Of a stretch of 46,001 bases of DNA, positions 1-8,920 are shown one piece after another. The notes beneath the pieces were generated by a model. That model was not told the origin of the DNA and ran no database searches. It worked only from the letters and a program-made list of their open reading frames with translations. Numbering within the stretch: the first letter of the stretch is position 1; each line of letters begins with the position of its first letter. Source of the DNA: a virus (lineage: Duplodnaviria; Caudoviricetes); IMG/VR virus record IMGVR_UViG_3300009436_000036, positions 1 to 46,001 of that record. One strand, given 5' to 3'. Both the position numbers and the translations under genes were made by a program.

Positions 1-675
1 CAACATTACAATTCAACGGATGTTATTCAATTATTGAATAGTATTCCAAAAATAGATGGTTTTATGTATGACGTTAATATCGCCCTACAACCACCAGTAG
101 ACTGGGATTGGGTTGAGGAAAGGTTAAGCCTTCTCAATGGTTTCACAGATGATCTAAACTATTACATGGTCTACAATATGGGCAATGATGATGAGTACAA
201 TTCTAAGGTACTTGAGATGTCGAAGTTAGTTGAAGATAGATTTGACTCAATCCTCACGTTAAACCCATCATTCTTCCGTGCGCCTAAGAGTAAGGTACAT
301 GCTCACTTAATTGAGAAATGGAAGAGCTACGACTTCGCAGATGATCTTATGCCTAAGACATTTATAGATCAAGCACAGGGTGGAAGTTTAGAACTCAATT
401 ACACATACTGCAATGAAAGGTTTTTCTGGACACCATTCGTATATGACATAGCATTGATTGGCACAGATGAATTTGAAGTAAAAGATGAGAATGATATTGA
501 GTCATGGACAGAAGCCAAATCGTTTCAATTTATGGAACAATTATCTTATTCTAGTGAAACGGAAAACTGTGGCTCCTGTCCTAATATGATGACATGTATT
601 GATAAGGGTGTGCTAAGTTATATGAAGCACCATCAATTAACGCTCTGTACGTTTCCTGGTGTAATAACGACCTAA
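1..675 (+). CDS. 5'-truncated protein with C-terminal SPASM-like Cys cluster (probable radical-SAM-associated Fe-S protein)
   Basis: Frame is open from base 1 (CAA CAT TAC...), so the gene starts left of the window. C-terminus CGSCPNMMTC...LC resembles the Cx2Cx4-5C..C tails of the neighbouring rSAM genes. Confidence 0.6.
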   Translation, partial: QHYNSTDVIQLLNSIPKIDGFMYDVNIALQPPVDWDWVEERLSLLNGFTDDLNYYMVYNMGNDDEYNSKVLEMSKLVEDRFDSILTLNPSFFRAPKSKVHAHLIEKWKSYDFADDLMPKTFIDQAQGGSLELNYTYCNERFFWTPFVYDIALIGTDEFEVKDENDIESWTEAKSFQFMEQLSYSSETENCGSCPNMMTCIDKGVLSYMKHHQLTLCTFPGVITT

Positions 676-1356
676 GAATGTTCTTGGGAATGAATCGTTA
701 ATTTTACCCCATTGCTCCAAGCTATCTACGAATATGTTCTTAAAAGAAACATCAACATCTTCCATTGGATAAATCGCCATTAGGTCATTTCCATAATTCA
801 GTCGAACTTCGTATGGCTCATCTTTTAGAGGAAACAATAAGAATACGTTAATCGCATGTTGATCGTAGAAGTTAAGAACCCCCGGTGCTACAAGTATTCC
901 ATGTTTACGCAAATCTTCGCTATAATGAAACTCACAGTTCATAAAGTCTACAGGCTTTTTGGTTTTTAAATACCAAGGGGCTTCTATTTTCATCACAGCA
1001 TAACCTGGGTATAGATCATCACCATACTGCTTTTGCTCGTGCATACCAGTACCAACTTGATGCGAGTGCAATGGGCTTGCGGATGAAACTTTCCCATCAG
1101 GCGTTACCCTAAAAATCATGTCAGACCACAACTTCATTACAATAGCTTTTTGCATGTATTGGGTAATGCCAGGGCAAGCTTTTACAGTAGGGGTTGGAAC
1201 CATAATGCCAGACTTGGAGTTATAGACAGTGTACATCGTAACCAAGTTCTTCCACCACGATGGCTTTCTACTCTTAGATGTCCATTTAAAATTTGCAAAA
1301 ACACTTTTATCATAAGTGTACGCTTCAATCTCTAGTTTTTTTCTTCTCATAATCAA
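637..1356 (-). CDS. Hypothetical protein, last gene of the rSAM operon (PxWW...KxCPG...PW motif family of aquatic phages)
   Basis: 239 aa ORF overlapping the upstream rSAM gene; likely start at ATG 1350; overlaps the convergent gene by 39 nt. Confidence 0.6.
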   Translation of the reverse strand: MIMRRKKLEIEAYTYDKSVFANFKWTSKSRKPSWWKNLVTMYTVYNSKSGIMVPTPTVKACPGITQYMQKAIVMKLWSDMIFRVTPDGKVSSASPLHSHQVGTGMHEQKQYGDDLYPGYAVMKIEAPWYLKTKKPVDFMNCEFHYSEDLRKHGILVAPGVLNFYDQHAINVFLLFPLKDEPYEVRLNYGNDLMAIYPMEDVDVSFKNIFVDSLEQWGKINDSFPRTFLGRYYTRKRTER

Positions 1357-2407
1357 ATCCTGTAATTAAGTTTTGTCCAGTTTTTTCCATATAATTAAAC
1401 CACATTCTCATGATGCAGTCAGGTAAGTCTCGTTCTCTATTCTTCCAGTCCCATTGAGTGTAACATCTAAAGCCACATTTATTCCACCACTTACATGATA
1501 AACAACCGTTTTCATCCATATAAGCTTGCATCATGCCAGCATTATCTTTTGGCTTGTACTCAGTGTTGAAATCACGTTGATCGTATCTATCCCATCTACA
1601 ATTAGATGTAGAGTTGTCAGGAAAGATAGTAACCTTATTTAGCGCTAGGCAATGCATGTGATTTGATTCATTGTAGATCAAATCTTTGATTGGGTTGATA
1701 TCTGGGTAGTTGTGGTATACGAATTTAAGGAACTCAAGATATTCGCTATCTGAGGGTATCATATAATCGAAGCCACGATCTGGAATGTAATCATCAAAGT
1801 AGAAGTTGTCGAACTTCTCGTACAAGTAATGAAAATACTCATCATCGTCTGCCATGAATTTTCTGATGCTCAGCGTAGTGGCAACCATATTGATCGACGT
1901 AATGTAATCAGCGAAGTATTCGATGTTCTTAGCATACGGACCTTTCGTAGGTCTACCATCAAAGTCATATGAGCAAATGATATGAGATGGTATGTCTATG
2001 GCGTTTAGATCATCAAGCAACTTCTGTACCAATTCTCTTTTCGAGAACTGAAATGAAGTAACCCAAACTACTTTAATGTTTTGTTTGTGTTCATCGTAAA
2101 TCTTTTTAATTTCTACTAGAAAGTCATAATAAACCTCGTATGCCCAATCGGAAATACGATCTTGAAACAACTCACCGCCAAGCATATTGATCTGTATGAC
2201 ATCGGCTCTATTCTTCATTTTAATAACATGTTCTTCAACCAAAGGTATCTTAGAGAAGATTTCTTCCCTTGACAAACCTACGGTAGACTTCTTGTCGTGA
2301 TGACAGAAAGAACAATTGAGATGGCAGTTTTCAAACAACGTCATCTCAATCTCTGCTATGTCTGGTCGCTTGCTTTCCAGAAGTTGTTTTGTTATTTCAA
2401 AGTCCAA
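1325..2407 (-). CDS. Radical SAM / SPASM-type protein (rSAM-4)
   Basis: CHLNCSFC (CxxxCxxC), LGGE, C-terminal CLSCKWWNKCGFRC...C. Start reassigned to TTG at 2407 behind GAGG, overlapping the upstream stop. Confidence 0.85.
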   Translation of the reverse strand: MDFEITKQLLESKRPDIAEIEMTLFENCHLNCSFCHHDKKSTVGLSREEIFSKIPLVEEHVIKMKNRADVIQINMLGGELFQDRISDWAYEVYYDFLVEIKKIYDEHKQNIKVVWVTSFQFSKRELVQKLLDDLNAIDIPSHIICSYDFDGRPTKGPYAKNIEYFADYITSINMVATTLSIRKFMADDDEYFHYLYEKFDNFYFDDYIPDRGFDYMIPSDSEYLEFLKFVYHNYPDINPIKDLIYNESNHMHCLALNKVTIFPDNSTSNCRWDRYDQRDFNTEYKPKDNAGMMQAYMDENGCLSCKWWNKCGFRCYTQWDWKNRERDLPDCIMRMWFNYMEKTGQNLITGFDYEKKKTRD

Positions 2408-2795
2408 ATAACATTTCCTCTTTGTAGTATTCGTAGATGTCAGGAACCATACCAAGTTTCTCATTGAAGTCTAGTTGGTGTAATATCTCATCATAGGTTT
2501 CTTTGTCTTGCCAGTAAGGCACGAAATGCGGATCATTATTGAACAACAATTCTGGATCGTTGAGTGCATCGAAGAAGGGTTCGTTGAAGTCTCTATTGAG
2601 CCAATGGGCATAACATATCGCAACCACATATGATTTGGCTGGGTAAATCCATTCATCAACATACTCTCTAAAGTGCTGTAGAGCAAACTCAACTACCAAG
2701 TCGGGTTGCCAATTAATCTCTACATCAGTCAAGTCATCTTTGAATAAAGATGCTGTCAAATGATATGCGCTTTGTCTAGCTTTCCATTCTTTCAT
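2397..2795 (-). CDS. Hypothetical protein embedded in the rSAM operon (WIYPAKSY motif)
   Basis: Overlaps both neighbouring rSAM genes; likely start ATG 2795 (MKEWKARQ). Confidence 0.7.
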   Translation of the reverse strand: MKEWKARQSAYHLTASLFKDDLTDVEINWQPDLVVEFALQHFREYVDEWIYPAKSYVVAICYAHWLNRDFNEPFFDALNDPELLFNNDPHFVPYWQDKETYDEILHQLDFNEKLGMVPDIYEYYKEEMLFGL

Positions 2796-3684
2796 AATAT
2801 TCCAACAATCCTTTGTATCCATTACAACTATTAGTCAAATCTTTAACATATCGGTAATGTTCTGTTAAACAATTACCATAATATTTACACGTCTTACATA
2901 TTTCGCTCAGATTGTTCTCAGGTTCTTCCCTAGCCCACTTCTTATATTCATAATATGTTTTGTATTCTTTGAAGTATTCCTTATCGTATTTATCGAACTC
3001 AAGCACACCAAATTTACCAGATGGGGTAATATAGACGTGATCATTACTAAATGCATCATACTCTTTATCTATACTTCGCCATATATTATCCATATTCTGG
3101 AAGTTAAAGTTCTTCTCTGTCTTTGCTTCATCAAACTTAATAACAAAATCTTCGAAGTCTTTGTGTGTTACAGGGTGTGCGTTCGCTTGGTTAATTGAAT
3201 ATGGTTTAATCTCTACTGACTTGATATTAGACACCATGTTTAGTGTAAATATCATAAATTCAACATCCATCTCCAATACCTTCGGACTAGCCAAGATTAG
3301 AACAGACAAGTCTTTGTTTGCGTTCATCATGTTGTTTAGGACATGCTGTTCTTTCTCCCTTGCACTAAAGTCATAAGACACAGATAAAGTGATATCATCG
3401 TCTCGAAAGAAGTCTGGAAACGCAGAAAGGTTTGTGTTGATGTTTATATCACCTTTATAATGTTTGCGTATCTTTTCTTTTATAGCATAAAAATAATCTG
3501 ATGTCAATAGACCAATTTCCCCACCATATAGATCGACGTGTCCAATAGGATCATCTATCTGACCCAATGAATTATCTAACCATAACGGTGTTATCTTGTG
3601 CCTGTCGTTTAACTGTTCGGGCGTCAAGTAACAAAAATCACAACTGAAGTTGCAATAGTATGTGGGATTAATTGATAGATTCAT
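2776..3684 (-). CDS. Radical SAM protein (rSAM-3)
   Basis: CNFSCDFC, YGGE, C-terminal CKTCKYYGNC...C; ATG 3684 overlaps the end of the upstream gene. Confidence 0.88.
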   Translation of the reverse strand: MNLSINPTYYCNFSCDFCYLTPEQLNDRHKITPLWLDNSLGQIDDPIGHVDLYGGEIGLLTSDYFYAIKEKIRKHYKGDININTNLSAFPDFFRDDDITLSVSYDFSAREKEQHVLNNMMNANKDLSVLILASPKVLEMDVEFMIFTLNMVSNIKSVEIKPYSINQANAHPVTHKDFEDFVIKFDEAKTEKNFNFQNMDNIWRSIDKEYDAFSNDHVYITPSGKFGVLEFDKYDKEYFKEYKTYYEYKKWAREEPENNLSEICKTCKYYGNCLTEHYRYVKDLTNSCNGYKGLLEYYERMES

Positions 3685-4705
3685 CAACATAAGGCGTCAC
3701 CATATCAGGACTCATTCCATTCGTAGCAAGTATTCTTGGAGCAAGTGTTTTCATTCTACGACAATGTTCTTCAACAGTGCCTTCTCTTTTCATATCACGC
3801 ACAGTCTTCTTACAACCATTGCAAATTTCAAACATTGGACATGTATAACAAGCCATCTTCATTGTTTGGATGTGAGGATCATTCGCTAGTGGCGTCTGCA
3901 TCTCACCATTCATTTCTTCTTCAAAGTCGATGGGGTAATCCATATCATCAGCGAAAGAACCACACGAGTAGTAGTCACCACCTGGGTTGAACGCACGAAT
4001 ACCACTGTCACACAGTCTATTTTGTGGGCAAGAGGTTGAGTAACCTTTAAGACGTTTCATCATCTGCTTTGTATTGAACTCGTGTTCAGCCAATCCACGA
4101 TCATATATCTCAAGATATGTTTCATAAATCTTACTTAACTGATAGGTACTGCCTTGGACACCAGATGCCATAGCATAATTTAGCTTACACTCCACACCCA
4201 TTTCTTTAGCAAGTTCAACGTTCTTGATAGCAAGGTGAGCATTTTCATCTACAATAACAGAAATGAAGTCTGGACGTTCGCCAGTGTGCTTTAACATAGC
4301 ATTAGACACCATCCAGAAATCTTTCTCAGTGAATTCTGAGTAATCACCTTTTAATCTACCACCACCATATTGAAATGATGTAGCACAACCAAATCTTTCA
4401 TTCTGAAATATAGGAAGCCATTTCTCTGGTCGCATTAAGAAAGGCCATAGATTAGATGTAAAGCTGATAGATGCTGGGTAATCATGTTCGTTAAGATGAT
4501 CAATCAGTTCTTGGTAATACCCTGGCTTAACCATAAGTGGATCACCACCATTAACGATAATAGTATTCGTGTCTGGGTATCGCTTAAGAAATTTGTATAT
4601 GTACTCTAAGTCCAACAGCCCAACTTCATTGGGATCAATGTCAGTAGAAGAACAAAACGTACACTTAAAATTACATGCTTCGGTGGGTTTAATAATTAAA
4701 TCCAT
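3668..4705 (-). CDS. Radical SAM / SPASM protein (rSAM-2)
   Basis: IKPTEACNFKCTFC, GGDP, SPASM-like C..C..GDYYSC..CYTCPMFEICNGC..C. Confidence 0.9.
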   Translation of the reverse strand: MDLIIKPTEACNFKCTFCSSTDIDPNEVGLLDLEYIYKFLKRYPDTNTIIVNGGDPLMVKPGYYQELIDHLNEHDYPASISFTSNLWPFLMRPEKWLPIFQNERFGCATSFQYGGGRLKGDYSEFTEKDFWMVSNAMLKHTGERPDFISVIVDENAHLAIKNVELAKEMGVECKLNYAMASGVQGSTYQLSKIYETYLEIYDRGLAEHEFNTKQMMKRLKGYSTSCPQNRLCDSGIRAFNPGGDYYSCGSFADDMDYPIDFEEEMNGEMQTPLANDPHIQTMKMACYTCPMFEICNGCKKTVRDMKREGTVEEHCRRMKTLAPRILATNGMSPDMVTPYVDESIN

Positions 4706-5724
4706 CCTTTTTCTCCCGCTAGTTTTAGCATTAGAGTTTTAGGGGCTGGGCAAACATCTTCCATCCATTGTAACTGATGACAATCAGAATGGCAATAGAT
4801 AAACACAGGGCAGTCATAACACCTTGGATCACGATCATGCGTCTCGCACGAAATGATCTCCATACGTTTTGGGCTTTCACGCACAGTCTTTGCTGGCATG
4901 CTGATATCACCATACCATTGAGTGGGCGCAGTATTAGGACAACCTGCTACAGTACCATCGGCATTGATGGTGTGTATCTTTTGTTCGCAATCTCTACAGA
5001 ACGTACCATTAAAGAATTGACCTTTGCTAAACTTGTCATACACAGAATTAAGAAAGTTATTCTCAATAGGGTGGTCTTTAGTTGTCTCGTGCATCTTCAT
5101 CCAAAAGGCATCAAGCTCAGAGTTGTGTGGAAAGATTTCTGTATTGATTGTTGCATTACCATCGTGTGTAAGGCGCTCATAACTAATAGTACCAATGCCT
5201 AAAGAGTGCATATAATCTGCAATCTCAAGTGGTTCCATTGCAACAACGTCTTTAGATACTGAGATAAAGCATTGGATATAACAACCTTCTGCAACTAAAC
5301 GCTTTACATTATCTTCCCAAAGCTGTCTTTGCTTTTCGTTTGCAAAACGAATATTAGGGTCCCATGATGTGCCGATAGAACCAGAGTCTAATACTTTAAG
5401 AAACTCAACACGTTCGTCAGTTAGCTTATACGTAAGATTTGTCGTGATGCCGTGTGTACATTTATCACCCCAATGTTCTTTCGTAACATTATAGAAATGC
5501 CACAGGTCTTTCATTGGCGCAAGCAGAGGCTCACCACCATGATACTCAAAGTGAATGTGGTTTGACCCATCGTCTAGTTCGTTACACCACTTAGCTGTCT
5601 TGTCTGCATCGAAGTAAATTTTACGCCCATTGATACCAGAGGTAAAACAGTGAGCGCAGTTCAGATTACAAGTTTCAGTAGTTTTAACGTATACGATTAA
5701 GTGTTTCTGTGTCGTGAATGCCAT
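4696..5724 (-). CDS. Radical SAM / SPASM protein (rSAM-1, anSME-like architecture)
   Basis: KTTETCNLNCAHC, YHGGEP, TTN, SPASM CRDC..GTVAGCP..CYDCPVFIYCHSDC..C. Confidence 0.92.
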   Translation of the reverse strand: MAFTTQKHLIVYVKTTETCNLNCAHCFTSGINGRKIYFDADKTAKWCNELDDGSNHIHFEYHGGEPLLAPMKDLWHFYNVTKEHWGDKCTHGITTNLTYKLTDERVEFLKVLDSGSIGTSWDPNIRFANEKQRQLWEDNVKRLVAEGCYIQCFISVSKDVVAMEPLEIADYMHSLGIGTISYERLTHDGNATINTEIFPHNSELDAFWMKMHETTKDHPIENNFLNSVYDKFSKGQFFNGTFCRDCEQKIHTINADGTVAGCPNTAPTQWYGDISMPAKTVRESPKRMEIISCETHDRDPRCYDCPVFIYCHSDCHQLQWMEDVCPAPKTLMLKLAGEKGWI

Positions 5725-6136
5725 GTGATAACATCAATGCCTTTTCATAATTTAACGCTCTATGCGGTGTTCCAGATGGTATTAAAACTGTATCGCCTTT
5801 TTTTAATACAACCTCTTTGCCTTCAACTTCCATAATCTTTGTGCCAGCAAGACATTCGATAAGAACATCTACAGGGTCTGTGTGGACATCAAATGATGCA
5901 CCATTCTTTTGATTGTAAAAGGCATGGACAGTTCCTTTTACAAACAGTAAAGTTTCTATTTGCTCTACTTTCATAGTTCTACTCTCAGACAACAACCTAG
6001 CTACAGTCCCAACATATGAGATGAAGTCAGTCTGTTCTAAGTAGTGTTGATTACCATCTTCGTCTATATAAGAAACATCGTGGTTATCAAAACACGTTTC
6101 TGTAAGAAGGAAGTTTTCAAAGTCGAGAAATGTCAT
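5684..6136 (-). CDS. Cupin / JmjC-like (HxD...H) putative hydroxylase
   Basis: FDVHTDPVDV...GDTVLIPSGTPH, typical cupin/JmjC metal-binding motifs. Confidence 0.75.
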   Translation of the reverse strand: MTFLDFENFLLTETCFDNHDVSYIDEDGNQHYLEQTDFISYVGTVARLLSESRTMKVEQIETLLFVKGTVHAFYNQKNGASFDVHTDPVDVLIECLAGTKIMEVEGKEVVLKKGDTVLIPSGTPHRALNYEKALMLSHGIHDTETLNRIR

Positions 6137-6161
6137 AGTCCTTGCCCATATTATATAATTG

Positions 6162-6195
6162 TATTTATACTACCATGTTTAACTCAAAATGTCAA
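6162..6195 (-). promoter_or_regulatory. Overlapping sigma70-type early promoter and T4 late box for the rSAM operon
   Basis: Minus strand: TTGACA (6195-6190)-N17-TAGTAT (6172-6167) overlapping TATAAATA (6169-6162). Confidence 0.7.
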
Positions 6196-6208
6196 CTCAA
6201 AGATTTGT

Positions 6209-6216
6209 TATAAATA
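6209..6216 (+). promoter_or_regulatory. T4 late promoter
   Basis: TATAAATA just upstream of the 2OG-Fe(II) oxygenase gene. Confidence 0.7.
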
Positions 6217-6228
6217 GTATCATATATC

Positions 6229-6813
6229 ATGAGGAGATTGAATATGGAAATGACACCACGTTGGCCTACTATGTTTGGTCAGGGGAAATTTGAAGTTGAC
6301 GGATTATTTGAATACCTATTTGCAAACTACGACTTAAACGATCCAGGCGGTGATGTAGATGGCGCAAATATTTTTACAGATAATTCTGAAATGATGAATA
6401 AGTTTAAGTCCGTTGTTCATGGTAAATTCAACGAATATCTTACAAACACAATCAGTAAGACTATAGAAGACTTTGGCGATCACGAAATTAAAGCTTGGAT
6501 TACAGGTCATGGCAAAGGTTATAGCATGACAACCCATAACCATTCTGGCGCACACATATCAGCGGTGTTTTACGTTTTAGCTGAAGATAAGTATTCTGGT
6601 GGGTCAATTGTATTCATTGATCCAAGAAGTAATGCAAATCGCGGATACGATAGTTCGTTTGATGATTTATTTGCGCATCATGCATTCGTCCCAGAAACTG
6701 GTGATTATGTAATCTTTCCTTCTTTTAATTACCATCACGTAAAACCTTACTACTCTGAATTTAGAATATGTATACCAGTTGATTTGTATTTGTACAGCAA
6801 CAACGACGTATAA
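6229..6813 (+). CDS. 2OG-Fe(II) oxygenase (TIGR02466-like)
   Basis: HNHSGAHISAVFY, GGSIVFIDPR, FPSFNYHHV, terminal R; start may be 6244. Confidence 0.8.
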   Translation: MRRLNMEMTPRWPTMFGQGKFEVDGLFEYLFANYDLNDPGGDVDGANIFTDNSEMMNKFKSVVHGKFNEYLTNTISKTIEDFGDHEIKAWITGHGKGYSMTTHNHSGAHISAVFYVLAEDKYSGGSIVFIDPRSNANRGYDSSFDDLFAHHAFVPETGDYVIFPSFNYHHVKPYYSEFRICIPVDLYLYSNNDV

Positions 6814-6816
6814 ATA
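6809..6816 (+). promoter_or_regulatory. T4 late promoter
   Basis: TATAAATA; a second GATAAATA lies at 6847-6854. Confidence 0.65.
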
Positions 6817-6886
6817 CACATATAACTCAAGATAAACCGTCTTTCAGATAAATAAGACACTACTACAATTAAAACGGAGACATAAA

Positions 6887-7270
6887 ATGGCTTTTACATA
6901 TACATACACTGTCCGTAACCTCAAGGTTAAGGATGAAGTGAACGCAGATGGCGACACACTAACTAATGCTGTTGTGCAAACATACTGGGATATTACTGGT
7001 ACTGACGAAGAAGGCAACACTGGTCAATTCACTGGCGCAACACCTTTTTCAGCGGCTAATGTTCCTGCTGGATCATTCACAGCTTTTGCTGATTTAGACG
7101 AAGCAACTGTAATCGGTTGGATCACAGGCGTAATCAACGGCGATGCAGGTTACAAAGCACACATCGATACGCAAATTCAAAAAGAGATCGACAGAAATAT
7201 TGCAACTGAAGTGGCTGGAGAAGATTTGCCATGGGGTGAAGCCACGCCAGCACCTGCTGACGATATTTAA
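6887..7270 (+). CDS. Small acidic late protein, putative tail-fibre-associated
   Basis: Late boxes and GGAG RBS upstream; YTY..V...W...G....F.AF.DL.E..VIGWI pattern shared with the next gene. Confidence 0.6.
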   Translation: MAFTYTYTVRNLKVKDEVNADGDTLTNAVVQTYWDITGTDEEGNTGQFTGATPFSAANVPAGSFTAFADLDEATVIGWITGVINGDAGYKAHIDTQIQKEIDRNIATEVAGEDLPWGEATPAPADDI

Positions 7271-7285
7271 TAGAAAGAAACAATC

Positions 7286-7615
7286 ATGACATACACATGG
7301 GAAATACTAAAGCTTGGAACCCTTGACCAGACAAACAGTGATGGTGATGTGTTGGCTGATGCAATCATTTCTATTAAATGGAAAAAAATTGTGACCAACG
7401 ATGACAATAAGAAAGCAAGTTTTGTTGGTAAAACCACACTCGACGTGTCTGATGTTTCATCGGCTGACTACGTTGACTTGGATGATGTGACAAAAGCAAT
7501 TGTCATTGAATGGATCGAAGAAACAATGACTGAAGCTGAGATAAATAACATTAACAACATTTTATCCAAGAAGCTACAAATTGAAACGATGACTACGTTT
7601 AAGCCTGATTGGTAA
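7286..7615 (+). CDS. Paralog of the preceding small acidic protein
   Basis: MTYTW..L...W....SF.G....Y..L.DVT...VIEWI, same pattern as 6887-7270. Confidence 0.6.
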   Translation: MTYTWEILKLGTLDQTNSDGDVLADAIISIKWKKIVTNDDNKKASFVGKTTLDVSDVSSADYVDLDDVTKAIVIEWIEETMTEAEINNINNILSKKLQIETMTTFKPDW

Positions 7616-7648
7616 AAACCACAGTCTACTTTATATGATGGAGAAATC

Positions 7649-8686
7649 ATGCACGACTTGCACATGGGCGGTTTGGCAACATACGCTTTAAAAAGAGGGG
7701 GTTCATTACACCCTATTTGTATACCTACTGAAGTTTTAGGTAACGAAACTGGAATCATGAACCCCTCTATATTCTCTCACAAAGGAAAAATCCTTGTCAA
7801 TGTGAGACACGTAAACTATTATCTATATCACAGCGAAGGTAAAAAGTTTCCTCACCAGTGGGGTCCTTTGGTGTATATTCATCCCGAAAATGACGTAACA
7901 CTCACAACGCACAATGTAATGTGTGAGTTGGACAAGAACATGAATCTTGTGAATGCCCAACGTGTTAAGATGGCATTAGACACAGGCAAGCCAACATGGA
8001 ATTTCATTGGTCTTGAAGATGCACGGCTATTCAGTTGGGACGATAGGTTGTTCCTATGTGGTGTGCGTAGGGACTGCTACGACGATAAAGGTCGTGGACG
8101 AATGGAGATGTGTGAGATCGAATTCATTAACGGTGAATGGACAGAAATTTCACGAAACCCCATTCCAACACCTGGTGACGATAGTTCTTATTGTGAAAAG
8201 AACTGGATGCCAGTTAATGACATGCCTTGGCACTTTGTTAAGTGGACAAACCCAACACAGGTTGTCAAGTTTGATATTGAAAACGGCACAACTGTTGATG
8301 CAATCTATGACGCAGAAAAGAAGGTCGAAGCTAATAAAGACTACAGAGGTGGCTCACAAGTAGTACGTATTAATGACAATCAGCGCATGGCTTTTGTTCA
8401 TGAAACAAATTTGTTGCGTGATCCGTTTGGCAGAAAAGATGGCAACTATGCACACCGTGTAATTATATGGGATAACGATTGGAATATTGTTCACAGAAGC
8501 AGAGAGTTTCACTTCATGGGAACTTACTACGATCATGTGAAGGCACAAGACTATAACATTGAATTTGTTACTGGGGTCACAACACTTGGCAATGATATTC
8601 TAATATCTTTTGGATGGCAAGACAATGCTTCATATATATTGCGTATGCCACAGGTTATATTTTCACAATTCTTGATGGGTGAATAG
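7649..8686 (+). CDS. Beta-propeller glycosidase/phosphorylase-like protein
   Basis: NPSI, GLEDARL, CEKNWMP, RGGSQ, IEFVTG, ISFGWQD motifs typical of GH43/GH130-like five-bladed propellers. Confidence 0.65.
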   Translation: MHDLHMGGLATYALKRGGSLHPICIPTEVLGNETGIMNPSIFSHKGKILVNVRHVNYYLYHSEGKKFPHQWGPLVYIHPENDVTLTTHNVMCELDKNMNLVNAQRVKMALDTGKPTWNFIGLEDARLFSWDDRLFLCGVRRDCYDDKGRGRMEMCEIEFINGEWTEISRNPIPTPGDDSSYCEKNWMPVNDMPWHFVKWTNPTQVVKFDIENGTTVDAIYDAEKKVEANKDYRGGSQVVRINDNQRMAFVHETNLLRDPFGRKDGNYAHRVIIWDNDWNIVHRSREFHFMGTYYDHVKAQDYNIEFVTGVTTLGNDILISFGWQDNASYILRMPQVIFSQFLMGE

Positions 8687-8920
8687 ATGACCAAAAAACT
8701 AATTCAAATTACTGATATACTTGAGACTAAGCTTCGTAAAGAAAAAGAAATAGAATATTACAGGCAACAAATTGAAAAGATACAACAGAAGATGATGTTT
8801 CTTCAAAAAGACCTTGACTTAACACAATTGATAATTTCCATCATAGAGAAGGAAAAGATTTACGACATCAAAGAGACGATGGAAAAACGAATGATAGAGG
8901 GTGACGATAATGAAGTTTAA
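8687..8920 (+). CDS. Small coiled-coil hypothetical protein
   Basis: Abuts the upstream stop; heptad-like K/E/Q-rich helix. Confidence 0.65.
   Translation: MTKKLIQITDILETKLRKEKEIEYYRQQIEKIQQKMMFLQKDLDLTQLIISIIEKEKIYDIKETMEKRMIEGDDNEV

Noticed and set aside
4731-4913. Short Cys-containing ORF as RiPP precursor for the rSAM cluster
   Set aside because: It lies wholly inside rSAM-1 in another frame, with no RBS or leader/core structure.
1325-5724. rSAM genes as a 7-deazaguanine (QueE) or anaerobic RNR activase (NrdG) pathway
   Set aside because: They carry C-terminal SPASM-like Cys clusters, and no folE/queD/queC/dpdA or nrdD is visible in the window.
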